DNA from: Mustelus asterias
Lineage: Eukaryota
Assembly (NCBI RefSeq): GCF_964213995.1
Contig: NC_135823.1
Span: 48,980,001 to 49,044,000 of the forward strand
DNA length: 64,000 nucleotides
Direction: 5' to 3'
Below, piece by piece: positions 1 to 11,845 of this stretch (position 1 is the first letter of the stretch; each line of letters starts with the position of its first letter). A program made the translations under genes and the position numbers. The notes under the pieces are model-generated. The model saw only the letters and a list, made by a program, of their open reading frames with translations. It was not told where the DNA came from and made no database searches.

Positions 1-93
1 TTTGAAATGTCTTTTAAATGAGCAGGTGAATTATGGGCATTGTCCCCATTAATGAGTCTAGGGTGCATAAGGATGAAGACACCTTCAGCACTT

Positions 94-414
94 GCACAGT
101 GGTTAGCACTGCTGCCGCACAGCGCCAGAGACCCAGGTTCAATTCTGGCCTTGAGTAACTGTTCGTGTGGTGTTTGCACATTCTCCCCATGTCCGTGTTC
201 TTCCACAGTCCAAAGATGTGCAGTTTAGGTGGACTGGCTATGCTAAATTGCCCCTTAGTGGCCCAAGATGTGTAGGTTAGGTGGATTAGCCATAGTGAAT
301 ACACAGGGTTATGGGGATAAGCTGGGAGGGATGGGTTGGGTAAGAGGTACTTTTGGAGAGTCAGTGCAGACTTGATGGGCCGAATGGCCTCTTCTGCACT
401 GTAGGGATTCTATG
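94..414 (+). mobile_element. tRNA-derived V-domain SINE (HE1-like)
   Basis: A-box-like GCACAGTGGTTAGCAC and B-box-like GGTTCAATTC, then the TGTGTGGxGTTTGCACATTCTCCCC core and a GCCTCTTCTGCACTGTAGGGATTCTATG tail; about 7 similar copies in the window. Confidence 0.8.
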
Positions 415-574
415 CTATGACTCTAGGGTCTTCTCTGCACACTGGACACTAAGTAGGCCGCAGGCCTCAGAATACCATAGTACAATGCAACAAATACACA
501 TTTTCATAAGAGTTGATTCATGTAGAATAATTTGTTGCATTTACCTCAACCACTTGGTTCCCAATTTGTTTGTT

Positions 575-1020
575 CAAAATCCAGGCTAACAGTCCCAGTG
601 CAGCACTCAGAGGGTGCTGAGGATCAGTGCTGAGGAAATGACGCACTGTCAAAGGTTCAGTGCTGAAGGAGTGCTGCACTGTCAGAAAGTCAGTGCTGAG
701 GGAATGCTGCACTGTTGGAGATGCTGTTTTTTGGATGATATGTAAACCGAGGCCCTGTCTGACCTCTCGGGTAGACATAAAAGACCCCATTTCATTATCC
801 TGAAGAGGAGGAGTTCTCTCCAGTGTCCTTACCAATATTTATCCATTGACATCATCATTAGAACAGGGTTATCGGCTCAGTATCATAATGTTGCTTGTGG
901 GAACTTGCTGTGTATAAATTGACTGCAGTACAAGGTCTACACTTCAAAAATACTTCATTGGCTGTAAATAATTTTGGAACATTCTGAGATCATGAAAGTT
1001 GCTATAGAAATGCAAATTTG
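575..1020 (+). mobile_element. Deu-domain SINE (SacSINE1/AmnSINE1-like) with internal ~33-bp tandem triplication
   Basis: GGATGAxATGTAAACCGAGGCCCTGTCTG...AAAGACCCCAT resembles the Deu domain; three TCAGTGCTGAGGGAATGCTGCACTGT units at about 624-718. Confidence 0.6.
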
Positions 1021-2016
1021 TGTTTATTTCTGACAAGCTGGATGTGTTGTATGATAGTCTGTCTGTGGTATCTGGTGGAACCAGGCAACTGAATGAAGCA
1101 GGTGTTGGGAATTCTAACACCAACCCAATCTAGCAACTGCCAAGTAGTTTCACAGAGAAGGAAAAGGGGAATATCTAAAAGCTGGAATTCCTAAAAGGAG
1201 AGAGTCCAAACTCACCTGGGCTGGTGAAGATGGCTGTATCTCAACTGGTCAAATGGGGCACACTGGATTCTGTTCAAAACATTTCAATTCTTTTGAAAAA
1301 TAAAAGATGTCCTTAAATGGTCAGAAAGATGGGATAAATCTGTGTGACAGCGCACGGAGCCAACAACTGCTACTGGCAGAGGGAGGCAATCGACCAGAGC
1401 TGGTGTCCAGTTACAAAGCCATTTCCATACTTAGTTCCTTTACACTAACCCAGAATACTCGGACATGAGCAACAGCAGAATTGCTAGATCAAATTAACCC
1501 AAGGGCGCACAAGGGTAACTCAAACAATCCCCTCCCCCCTTCACAAAAAAATTACATTTATATTTACTGCAGAGTAGTAGAAAAAACAGCCCTTTTTAAG
1601 TTCCATTCACTATGTTCAAGAACTACAGTCAACTTAATCTTTTCATTTTCCAATTTCACAAGCTCTCCCGTCACGCTTTTGCAGCCTGGCACCATTTGTT
1701 TAAGCCGAGGGATTGGATACATAAAAAAAAACTTCTAATTCCCAAACCCTTGAGCTCAGGCTGCAATATCAAGCCAAGTTTTAAAGATTTCAGCACCCAT
1801 CCCTTCTAAGTGTGTTTTTACAGAACCAGTTGCTTGCTGGCAAATACTTCCAGCTGCTGTTTTTCACTCTGCTGGTTAGCCTCTGGAGCCAGACTCATTG
1901 AAGTAAATTTTAAGGTTGCCAGTTTGCGGATACTATGACACTGAGCCACAATGCAAAAAAAAAGCGAGCTCGGGTAATACTGTCAATCTACCAACAAGTG
2001 AAAAAGAGGAACTTAC

Positions 2017-2074
2017 CTGCCGTCACAAAGACGAGCAGAGAGAGGAAGATAGTGAATGAGACCAGTCCCTTCAT
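2017..2074 (-). CDS. SRL: First coding exon (signal peptide) of probable sarcalumenin; the gene continues off the left edge of the window
   Basis: Minus strand reads aaaATG...MKGLVSFTIFLSLLVFVTA+G, a hydrophobic signal peptide, followed by a consensus donor CAG|GTAAGT (phase 1). TATA lies just upstream. Position downstream of TFAP4 on the same strand matches vertebrate SRL-TFAP4-GLIS2 synteny. Too short for the ORF track. Confidence 0.75.
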
Positions 2075-2104
2075 TTTGACTGTCAGGAGCAACCTGTCAG
2101 CGAG

Positions 2105-2240
2105 CAGTAATATATAGGGGAGAAGGTCGGAGGTCAGAGGGTGACCTTAAAAGGAGGAATCAAAGGTCAAGAGTCCAAGATGACAATTGCCATTCAGTGT
2201 GAAATCTGTGAACAGCATTGACCAACATCAGCTGTTGTTT
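2105..2240 (-). promoter_or_regulatory. SRL proximal promoter: TATA box plus nuclear-receptor half-site cluster and E-box
   Basis: TATATATT on minus (2116-2109); AGGTCG/AGGTCA half-sites at 2124, 2131 and 2164; TGACCTTAA at 2142-2150 (TTAAGGTCA, ERR consensus); CAGCTG at 2229-2234. Confidence 0.6.
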
Positions 2241-2886
2241 TATGTTCTTTGAAATGTGCACAAGGCAGCACTGGAAGGTTTGATTGTGAATGTTTATTAA
2301 AACTACCCTGCATATCCTTCAGCTTCAATTATTAGAACTCAGAAATTATACTTCCATCTGAGCACACAATGTGGTCCATCTTTGACTTTAACAGAGATGT
2401 TATTTTAAATACCTTTAAAACAATGAACAAGGGAACTTCCTCGGAATGAGCAACACGTTTGTGCAAAATCACAATTTCCACATAATTTTGCTTGTACGAA
2501 ATATTTTAATGTATTTTTGGAAAATTAAACATTTGTGACCTTGTCAGATTTTTAACTGCCTTTCAGTGTATCCTTTGTCCATCACTGTATTGTAAGCTCT
2601 AATCTGCAATACAGATCCGGAAGTACAGTCCCAGTCTGATTGCTCTCTGGGGTCACTGTCAGCTCTCTTCTCTCCTTTTGTCCGTCTTTCTCAGTCTTGT
2701 TCCAGCACTTGGTCTCTGTTTTTCTCATTCCATGTCTTCCACTGCTTCTATTTATTTCTTTCTCTCTAACTTCATATCTCTATCGAAGGTTCAGTGTGGT
2801 TTATATATGGAATAATGGTTATCCCCAGTTGCAGGTTGGAATCTAATTGAGGCGTGCGTGTGGGGTGCTGGGGTATATATAGCATT

Positions 2887-3544
2887 GATGTGGAGATGCC
2901 GGCGTTGGACTGGGGCAAACACAGTAAGAAGTCTCACAACACCAGGTTAAAGTCCAACAGGTTTATTTGGTATCAAGGCATGGTACATTGGGGAAACCAT
3001 GCAGACGCTACGACAACGGATGAATGAACCCCGCTCGACAATCACCAGGCAAGAGTGTTCTCTTCTTGTTGGGGAACACTTCAGCGGTCACGGGCATTCG
3101 GCCTCTGACCTTCGGGTAAGCGTTCTCCAAGGCGGCCTTCACGACAACGCAGAGTCGCTGAGCAGAGACTGATAGCCAAGTTCCGCACACATGAGGACGG
3201 CCTCAACCATGATCTTGGGTTCATGTCACACTATCTGTAACCCCCACGACTTGCCTGGGCTTGCAAAATCTCACTAACTGTCCTGGCTGGAGACAATACG
3301 CATCTCTTTAACCTGTGCTTAACCCTCTCTCCACTCACATTGTCTGTACCTTTAAGACTTGATTACCTGCAAAGACTCGCATTCCAACCATTATTTTGTA
3401 AATTGAGTTTGTGTCTTTATATGCCCTGTTTGTGAACAGAACTCCCACTCACCTGATGAAGGAGCAGCGCTCCGAAAGCTAGTGGCTTGTGCTACCAAAT
3501 AAACCTGTTGGACTTTAACCTGGTGTTGTGAGACTTCTTACTGT
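2887..3544 (+). mobile_element. Penelope-like element copy A (5'-truncated GIY-YIG end, pLTR and inverted terminal piece)
   Basis: From ~2976 it encodes AWYIGETMQTLRQRMNE.., matching ORF 28920-29801. 2887-2972 is the reverse complement of the element terminus. Flanks GTATATATAGCAT (2873-2885) and GTAAATATAGCAT (3543-3555) form a TSD with 1 mismatch. Confidence 0.9.
3449..3485 (+). ncRNA. Minimal type I hammerhead ribozyme motif in Penelope pLTR
   Basis: ucac-CUGAUGA-A-GGAGC(agc)GCUCC-GAAA-GC-UA-gugg: catalytic core, 5-bp stem II, stem I ucac/gugg and palindromic AGCU in place of stem III. Confidence 0.8.
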
Positions 3545-4921
3545 AAATATAGCATAACAGGCACCCAGAATTAAAGGAAAGAAACTCAAAGCACTGTGAT
3601 GAGTTCAATAGGAAAAAATATAGTTCTTTGGTGAGAAGTAAAGTTTGATTGCTGGTCTGTGCTGAGTTACCCAATCATAGCAATTAATAGGGTTCATGGC
3701 CCCTCCATTAGGGACAGGACAGGAAAATAAATCGGCCAGGATTGCCTCCCAGTCACATCAGGGAGGTGTGCAATGTTGAGTGAGGATTGGATGGGACTGG
3801 TGTGTGATGCTACCTACAGTGGAAGAGCCTATCAACAATCAAAAAATAAAGAATGGACATCCAACATCTATCATGCAGCATAAGTCAGGAAGAGGCAAAG
3901 TTGAAAAGAAAACTTGTATTAAATTTTGCAACATCTCAGTACATAATCACCCAGCCCCTCATGCCAGGACTGTTCCCAATGGCTGGGAGTGCAGTGTATA
4001 GGAGAGTACAATTGGGAGGGGTGTCAAAATTCATTCAAGGAAAAACTTGCCCATCTGTATTTTTTTTCCCCAAATGGGTTTCAGTGAATTTTCCAGTTAT
4101 TAGATTTGTATATTGTGGGAGCTTGATGACCTTTAATCCAGTCTTGCTGAGCATGTACATGTCACAGTATAAACTTCCTGCGTTCCTTTGACACCTTGTA
4201 ACTGGGCAGGCACTAGTTTTGACCGTGTGCTCTCTAACTGGCCAGGAATGGGGCGCCTCGGCTCCTGGTGCACACATGGCCCAAACATTCTTGTACAGCC
4301 TCGAGATTAATCTTCCTCTGCTGTTGCTGACATACAGGGAAGGGACTGTCTTTCCATCGAACAGGGACACCTGCTGCTGCTGCTGGAAATGGCAGATGTA
4401 TTTGCAGAGAGCAGTGGCAGAGGGGATTAGCACCACAGAAATAGCAGCGGATGCCATTATTCATCATACCCATGACACAGGATTGCCATTTTTAAAATCT
4501 AGCCCCCTCGGTGCTATTGGGCCAATCACATGCTGCCACAAGCAAGCAAAGGAGCCATGTGACCTGTTGGCCTGCCTCACCCCCTCCCCCATCAAAAAAG
4601 GAGGTTGTACTGATTCTGTTAACTAACAAATGGACTGGATTTTTTATTCCATGCATTTACTCTGTCAGATTTCTTTGGATCTTTTTCCTCTTCACTCCTC
4701 TGCTCCCAATCCTACTTAAAATTTAAAAGTTGCATTCTCCTATTCAATTGATCTCATCCATCAGCATCTTTGTAAACTCATCCAACTGGACAACCCTCCA
4801 GGATATCTGCTTTCTTCTAGCTGTGGGCTCTTAAGCTATTTGTGCCCGTGACTTCAGCTGACTAGGCACCAAGTTCTGGAATTCCCTTCCTAAAGATCTC
4901 TAACTCTCTTCCCCCACTTAA

Positions 4922-5277
4922 GGGGAGGCGATAGCCCAGTGGTATTATCGCTGGGCAATTAATCCAGAAACTCAGCTAATGTTCTGGGGACCCGGGTTCG
5001 CCACGGCAGATGATGGAATTTGAATTCAATTAAAAACAAAATCTGGAATTAAGAATCTGCTGATGACCACGAAACCATTGTCGATTGTCGGGAATAAACC
5101 CATCTGGTTCACTAATGACCTTTAGGGAAGGAAATCTGCCGTCCTTATCTGGTCTGGCCTACATGTGACTCCAGAGCCACAGCAACGTGGTTGACTCTCA
5201 ACTGCCCTTGGGCAACTAGGGATGGGCAATAAATGGTGGCCAGCCAGTAACACCCATGTCCCTCGAATGAATAAAAA
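4922..5277 (+). mobile_element. tRNA-headed SINE with a 3' tail shared with the 39.4-42.2 kb LINE
   Basis: TAGCCCAGTGG (A box) and GGGTTCG (B-box-like); its tail GGGCAACTAGGGATGGGCAATAAAT..CCCATGTCCC..GAATGAATAAAA matches 42156-42221. Confidence 0.75.
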
Positions 5278-5769
5278 ATGATTCACTTTTAAAACCTAAC
5301 TCTTGGTCACCTGCCTAATATCTCCTTAGGTGGCTCTGTGTCTAATTTTATCTATTAATGCTCATAGTAAGCACCATTCAACCTAGTACCACATTAAAAG
5401 TATTATTTTAATATAGGGGGTTGGTTTTATGCTGGGTATTAGGCAGTTGCCTACAGATTTGGACAACCACTATCTCTACTTTGCTTTTTAAAATCACAGA
5501 CAAACCTTAATCCTGTCCACATGGATGTAACTTTTGGCAAGGGTTGAGCAATAATTCAGGAGTAGAATCCCTGGTGCTAACCAAAGTAAAAATGAAGAGA
5601 TGTAAAACTGGTGACCAATTAATTATTTTCCACAAAAAGTCAAGACTACCCTAATGTCCTGAATTTGAGTGGTCTTCTGGTCAACATTAATCGGATGTTT
5701 ATCTGCACACATATGCTTAACACTTAGTCATAGAAAAACGCATGCACACAAAAAAAACGAATTGTTTTA

Positions 5770-6343
5770 AAAAAAACAAAGTACAAACTTTATTTCTTTC
5801 TTTGCAAGGCAGGTGCCTTTTTTCCCCACTTTCTTAACAAAATATAATAGTTTTTCCATGAACAAACCTCATCTCAACTTAAAAAACGGATACGGGAGAA
5901 ATGGAAGGAACTAACAAACCAACTACATGAAGAACAATGTTTAAAAAAATCACCTACATCAGTACAAGAAGCGGGGGGGGGGGCGGCAATTACAGAAGTG
6001 GGGTCCACAGTTCACACTGGGAGGAAGTGCCCCACTGGACTGAACAAATTGGTAAGTGCTTGAAACTCCCACCCCTCCCCAAAACGTAAAAAAATAAAAG
6101 AATGCTAAAATGTCCTTCAGCAACACTTGAGCTACGAATTCCAAGGTAGTCATGAGCGCAAGAAAGGATTTTGCAATCCCTTCTGGTATGGTCCAGATTT
6201 TTAATAGCCTCTCTCATTCCAGGCTGAGATGGTTTACAGTATTGGGAAGGTCGAAAAAGAGACCTCAACCTTTTTTTCCTTTCTCGGAATAAAAACATTG
6301 AGAACGATGTTTGGATCAATCCCGGCCTGGCACATCAGTAGTG
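5770..6343 (-). other. TFAP4: TFAP4 3' UTR with polyadenylation signal
   Basis: Non-repetitive sequence after the stop codon; AATAAA on minus at 5794-5789 followed by a U/GU-rich tract. Confidence 0.6.
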
Positions 6344-6520
6344 TCATGGAAGTACTCTCTCCATGGGCTCTTTCTCCTCGCCTGGCACCATAATTTCCGT
6401 CGCTTCACTCCTCTCCCTGTCTGATTCGGTGCCTGACCAAGCACGGTTAGGCTGGACAATGACCACTCGTCGCTGCTCCTCTTCCTGCTTCTCTTGTGTT
6501 CCTTCAATGTGCTGGATCGC
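6344..6520 (-). CDS. TFAP4: TFAP4 coding exon 7 (last)
   Basis: ttgcag|AIQHIEGTQEKQEEEQRRVVIVQP...ERVLP*; matches the AP-4 C-terminal motif AIQHIEGTQEKQ; 177 nt including the stop. Confidence 0.95.
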   Translation of the reverse strand, partial: AIQHIEGTQEKQEEEQRRVVIVQPNRAWSGTESDRERSEATEIMVPGEEKEPMERVLP

Positions 6521-6959
6521 CTGCAATTTAAATAGAAGAAACTCAGTGGTCATCAATCCATTGGGAGCAGGTGAAGAGAGGAGCACAGGGATGATTGTTT
6601 GATATGGAAAAAAATCTCAGTAAAGCTTCCCAGGTTGGCTGATTAGGAAACTACCACAAGAATCTTAGTGACCCACGGTTCAAATTGTGACTGTACCAAG
6701 TTAACCTGTCTTACTTGAGGTGCCACAGTTGGCATCAATGCCTGATCGTTCATTTCCCCAGCCCAGGGCAGGAATCTGCACTTGTGAAAACAGAAAATGC
6801 TGGAAATACTCAACAGGTCTGGCAGCATAAGTGGAAAGAGAAACAGAGTTAATATTTCAAGTTGAAGACTTTTCATCAAAACTGGGAAAATTTAAATAAG
6901 TATAGTAAACTGTGTTATCCGTGCTCTACCAACCAGAATTTTCTATTAACCAGAATTTC

Positions 6960-7186
6960 CATACACTCCTTACAGAACAGAAGGAGGCCATCGAGTCTCC
7001 GAAAGAACATCTTATCCCCACCCTATACCCGTAATCCCATGCTTTTACCATGGCTAATCCACCTAACCTACACATTTTTGGACTGTGGAAAGAAACCAGA
7101 GGACCCGGAGGAAACCCACCAAGCAGGGAGAACATGCAAACTCCACACAGTCAGCCAACGCTGGAATCAAACCAGGTCCCTGGCTC
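6960..7186 (-). mobile_element. HE1-like V-SINE copy
   Basis: Reverse complement of the TGTGTGGAGTTTGCA..GGGTTTCCTCCGGG core. Confidence 0.7.
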
Positions 7187-7499
7187 TGACGTTCTCCTAA
7201 CACAAATCATCACTTTACCAACCAAAGGTAATTACAAAGTGATACAGACCTCAAAGCTGTTTATTGTATTATTTTATGTTTTAATGCACTATTGAAGATT
7301 AGAAGCAAGAATACTATTCTTTATTTTCTGAGTACTTACATATTAGTTTGTGCTACATATCGTGTGTTTTATTCCATTAGTAAACTGAACTCTCCATTAG
7401 TCAGCATTTGAGTAACCAACACCACCCATGTATATAGGATTGGTGGTGCAAGACAAAAGGGAGTAATAATAGGACAAGAGAAGAAACATAAGATGCGGC

Positions 7500-8500
7500 T
7501 AGAGGAGATGTGAATGGCAGAATGATGAACAACTGCCATTTGAAAAAAAATAGAAAAATCAAAACCAGAAAAGAAAAAGGAAACAAAATGGAGACAGAGA
7601 TGACAATTTGGAATTGTTGGAACCCAATGTTGAGTCCAGAAGGCTATAAAGTCCCTAAAGAAAAGATGAGGTGCTTTTCCTCAAGCTTGCATTGATCTTC
7701 ATTGGAACACTGCAGAAGGCCAAGGGCAGAGGTCAGTATGGGAGCACGGTAGGGATAAATGGCAAGCCACAGGCAACTTACAGTCATCCTTGTGGACCGC
7801 AAAGCAGTCACCCAATCTGTATTTGATTTCCCCAATGGAGAGCTGATCACATTGTGAACAGCAAATACAGTAGACAAACTTTAAAGTAATATTTATAAAT
7901 TGCTGTTTCCCCTGAAAGGACTGTTTAGGGCCTTGGACAGCGAAGAGGGAGAAGGTAAAAGGGCAGGTGTTGGATCCATCTTCGCTCACAAGGGAAGGGA
8001 GTGACTGAGGAGCAGACCTTTCGGAATGCTGAAAGGGGAGGCCAAGATGTGTTTGATGGTAATGCTGAAGGTCGTAGAAAATGAGCCATTGAATATGGAT
8101 GCTGAATATGTACAGATGATGACAAGGGAAACCCTCTTATGCTTCTGGGAGGGAGGGTAAGGGGAGAGAACAGAAGTGTGGGAAATGGAGTATTCAGAGT
8201 CAAGGATCTTGTCAACTGCAGTGAGGGAGGTAGGGAAATCCTCAAAGAAAAAGGAACAAATATCAGAAGGGTTAGTGTAAGAGATTGTATCATCAGAATA
8301 GATGTAACAGAAATGGAGAAAGTGGGAGAATGGTAGAATCCTTACAGGAAACAGATTATCAGGCTGTGTAGTCAAATTAGTGGTGGGTTAATGAATATTG
8401 GTTGATAGCCTATCCCCAGAAATGGAGAAGGGAAGTGTCAGCCATGGACCATTCGAAGGCGAGAAAAGGGCAGAAACTGGAGGCAAAATTGGTAAAATTT
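7500..8500 (-). mobile_element. Old degenerate Penelope-like fragment (second family)
   Basis: Translation PFSHFLHFCYIYSDD resembles the PLE motif IPxSQxLRxxRICSD (compare IPYGQALRIHRICSD at ~28970); many stops and frameshifts; related terminal sequence at about 6785-6890. Confidence 0.5.
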
Positions 8501-8689
8501 TCTATTTGTAATGATTATTAAGAGAAACCCCCATTCCCAATTCAAAGAGTTTTCAGCCAAGAGAGACATAACAATCTCATATTGCTGGACTGGAGGAGAG
8601 AAAACCAGCAGGGCTCGCTCCCTCTCTGCACAAAGTTAGGAGGCATGGGAACTTATGTAAGTGAGAGCAGGATGTTACAAAAGGGAACA

Positions 8690-9000
8690 GAGAGAATAAA
8701 TAAGTGGCTAAACTACAGCATATGCAGTTCAGTGTAGGGAAGTGTAAGGTCTTTCAGTTTGGATCTGTGAAAGACAAGTCAGAATATTTCTTAATGATGG
8801 AAACAAGAAAGGTGTCTGAGTACACAAATCACCAAAAGTCAATTCACAGTTACACAAATCAGAAATGGCTAATGCAATGTTGGCCTTTATCTCAAAGAGA
8901 CTGAAATACAAAGGGGAAGAAATTATGCTTCAGTTGAATCATCTTGTTTAGACCCCATCTGGAGTGACTGCATTCAGTTCTGGGCACCACACCCGAAGAG
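8690..9000 (+). mobile_element. CR1 LINE RT fragment
   Basis: MQFSVGKCKV and a degenerate RPHLExCIQFWAP motif. Confidence 0.7.
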
Positions 9001-9216
9001 GAATGTCTTCTTTGAGGCAAAGATGACCATGTTCATCCTTTGGGGTTTTTGTAGGGTTCCAGTCGGTACATAGGTGGCTGCTGCGGCTGATCTGTGCCCA
9101 AAGAGTTCTGCTGAAAACAGGACAGGATACTGAAGCCGACTGAGTTTTGGATGAGTGGCTGGCTCATCGATTCCTCTCCTTGCGTTTCTCTCTACCTGTG
9201 ATTTGCACTTGAAGAA

Positions 9217-10060
9217 TGTGATGATACTGTGCCTTTAAGAAATGTATTTGGGTCATCTTTCTTGAGCAGGATCTGTTTTAGCGGTTTGTTTTATTTTCAG
9301 TGCCATTTTGTCTGCATCCAGCAGCCCTACTGTTACTGCAGTAGCATAGTTGTCCTGGTTGCTAGAATGTTTGCTTTAATCTGGCCTGATGCTGTTCTAT
9401 TATTTTACTGTTTTCCCCTGGGGTTTTGAAGAGTGGGGCTTCATTAGGTTGATTGACAAGTAAGGATATGTGACTGGATGGTGCTAGGCTTATACAGAAA
9501 AATCAATCCAGTTGCTGCTTGGAAGCTGCAAAGAAAAGTAGTTCTTTCTCTCTCCCAAGTCTGGAGACTGGGATCTGTCAGAGACTAGGTTTATTTCTCT
9601 GAAGTTCTGCTGTTTGAGGATTATATGCTTCTCTGGAAATTGATGTATGGGAGTCAAAGATAGGTATCTCTCCAGAGGGGTTAAAATGTTGGAAATGTAG
9701 CACCCATGTGAGCATATCTGTTTTGTGCTAATTCTGAAGAGTGATTTATATATTTGAGGATACTGCTTACAATGGAACTATAGAGATGGATAGCTGTTAG
9801 GAATTATACTTTGTCATGTCATTCTATGATGATGATGATTTCTATGATGATGTTTAAGTATTTTAATTGATAAAAGTTATGCTAATTCTTTTTGTTATAT
9901 TCTAACTTTCTTAAATAAAGTTTGTTTTAATAAAAGCTTTCTAGTGGGTCAATTGAATCGTACCTGGAGCAAAACATGTTATGCTCACCCTAATTCAAAA
10001 AAGTTGGGATCTAGGCTAACTTCATAATATTCCTTGGAGTTTCTGATCTGGTCCCTAACA
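9217..10060 (+). mobile_element. Solo LTR (Gypsy- or ERV-type)
   Basis: Starts TGTGA and ends TAACA; flanked by a 4-bp direct repeat AGAA (9213-9216 and 10061-10064); AATAAA at about 9914 and 9929; no internal ORF. Confidence 0.75.
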
Positions 10061-10974
10061 AGAAGGTCACACCAATTTGCATCAGGTGCAGTGATCCTGG
10101 CAAGCTTTTCCAAGGACTTTATGTTGATATCAAAACTCCTAAATGAAGCCTCCATTCAGCATGGCTTTGTAGCGCTTCCTTTCACTATCACGAGAATGCA
10201 CCCTAGACTCAACTATCCATTGAAGATTCACTTTGGTAAGCAGGTGTCAGGCATTATGGCTACATGACCAGCCCAATGTGAATCTGTTGTGACTGTCTCA
10301 AAAAGGTTTGGATGCTTGGTATGCCAGTTCAGGTGACCACCTCAAAGTTTGATATTTTGTCCTGCCATCTAATCCTCAGATGCTTCCAAGGCAGCTCAAT
10401 TGACAATGGTTGACTTTATTGGCATGGCGCTGGTACACAGTCCACTTCTCACATACATAGAACAGAGTGGGCAGGACTATTAAACTCTATAGACTTTGTT
10501 TGGTAGGCAGATTAAGTCCTCTTCATCCCCTGACTGATATTCAAAGTCTGCCAAAGGCTACACTTGCTTTAGCAATTCTTGGATGTCTCTTGTCATCAAT
10601 ATAGACATCCCGAGACGGTGTGCTGGTGAAATAAATGAACTTATTCACTGCTAATAGGTTCTGGTCATGAACTGAAATTCTGGGCTTGAGGGAGCAAGCT
10701 GGTACGGTACTTTTCGTTTCCATCATTCTGATCACAAGGCCACATTGGAGAACAATTCCAGCTCTGAAGCAGCAGCTAATGCAGTCATTGACAGACAGGA
10801 AACCACAAAGCATGTCTTTGGTGACCTCGGTCTTTGTCTGCAGTCAGCTCAGATTGAGCAGCAGTCTGTGCAATATCTTATTTTGATGCTAGGATCAGCA
10901 TCATGGAAGGGATCAGAAAGCATGGTGAGAAAAACGCCATGTTTTGGTGAAGAGGAGGAGTGCTAGCACAGCTA

Positions 10975-11390
10975 GCACAACAAAAGGTCGTGAATGTAGC
11001 CCAATCCATCACACAAACCAGCCTCCCATCCATTGACTCTGTCTACACTTCCCACTACCTCGGCAAAGCAGCCAGCATAATTAAGGATCCCACACACCCC
11101 GGGCATTCTCTCTTCTACCTTCTTCCGTCAGGAAAAAGATACAAAAGTCTGAGGTCACACACCAATCGACTCAAGAACAGCTTCTTCCCTGCTGCTGTCA
11201 AGACTTTTGAATGGACTTATCTTGCATTAAGTTGATCTTTCTCTACACCCTAGCTATGACTGTAACACTACATTCTGCACTCTCTCGTTTCCTTCTCTAT
11301 GAACGGTATGCTTTGTCTGTATAGCGCGCAAGAAACACTACTTTTCACTGTATGCTAATACATGTGACAATAATAAATCAAATCAAATCA
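10975..11390 (+). mobile_element. Rex1/Babar-type LINE 3' end
   Basis: DPTHPGHSLFYLLPSGKRYKSLRSHTNRLKNSFFPAAV C-terminus; AATAAA followed by an (AATCA)n tail. Confidence 0.75.
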
Positions 11391-11531
11391 GTTCTATTTA
11401 ACTCCATTAATTACTGAGAATGGGTCAGAAGAATCACCATCATCCAGGCTACACACGAGTATGTTGAACCATTGTGTTGAATTTTCCAGGGGAGCCAAAT
11501 TTCTCCATGAATTTCAAAAATGTTTGACTGT

Positions 11532-11845
11532 GGGCACAGCGGTTAGCTCTGCTGCCTCACAGCACCAGGGACCCGGGTTCGATTCCCAGCTTGGATCACT
11601 GTCTGTGTGGAGTTTGCACATTTTTCCCCGTGTCTGCGTGGGTTTCCTCCGGGTGCTCTGGTTTCCACCCACACTCCAAAAATGTGCAGATTAGGTGGAT
11701 TGGTCATGCTAAATTGCCTCTTAGTGTCAGGGGGACTAGCTATGGTAAATGCTTGGGATTATGGGGATAGAGCCTGGGTGGGTTTGTGGTCAGTGCAGGC
11801 TCGATAGGACAAATGTCCTCCTTCTGCACTGTAGGATCTGATTCT
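11532..11845 (+). mobile_element. HE1-like V-SINE copy
   Basis: GGCACAGCGGTTAGC..GGTTCGATTCC..TGTGTGGAGTTTGCAC core. Confidence 0.8.

Noticed and set aside
1205-1300. Consensus donor CAG|GTGAGT on minus inside SRL intron 1
   Set aside because: No SRL-like peptide or convincing acceptor; cannot be called an exon without RNA data.
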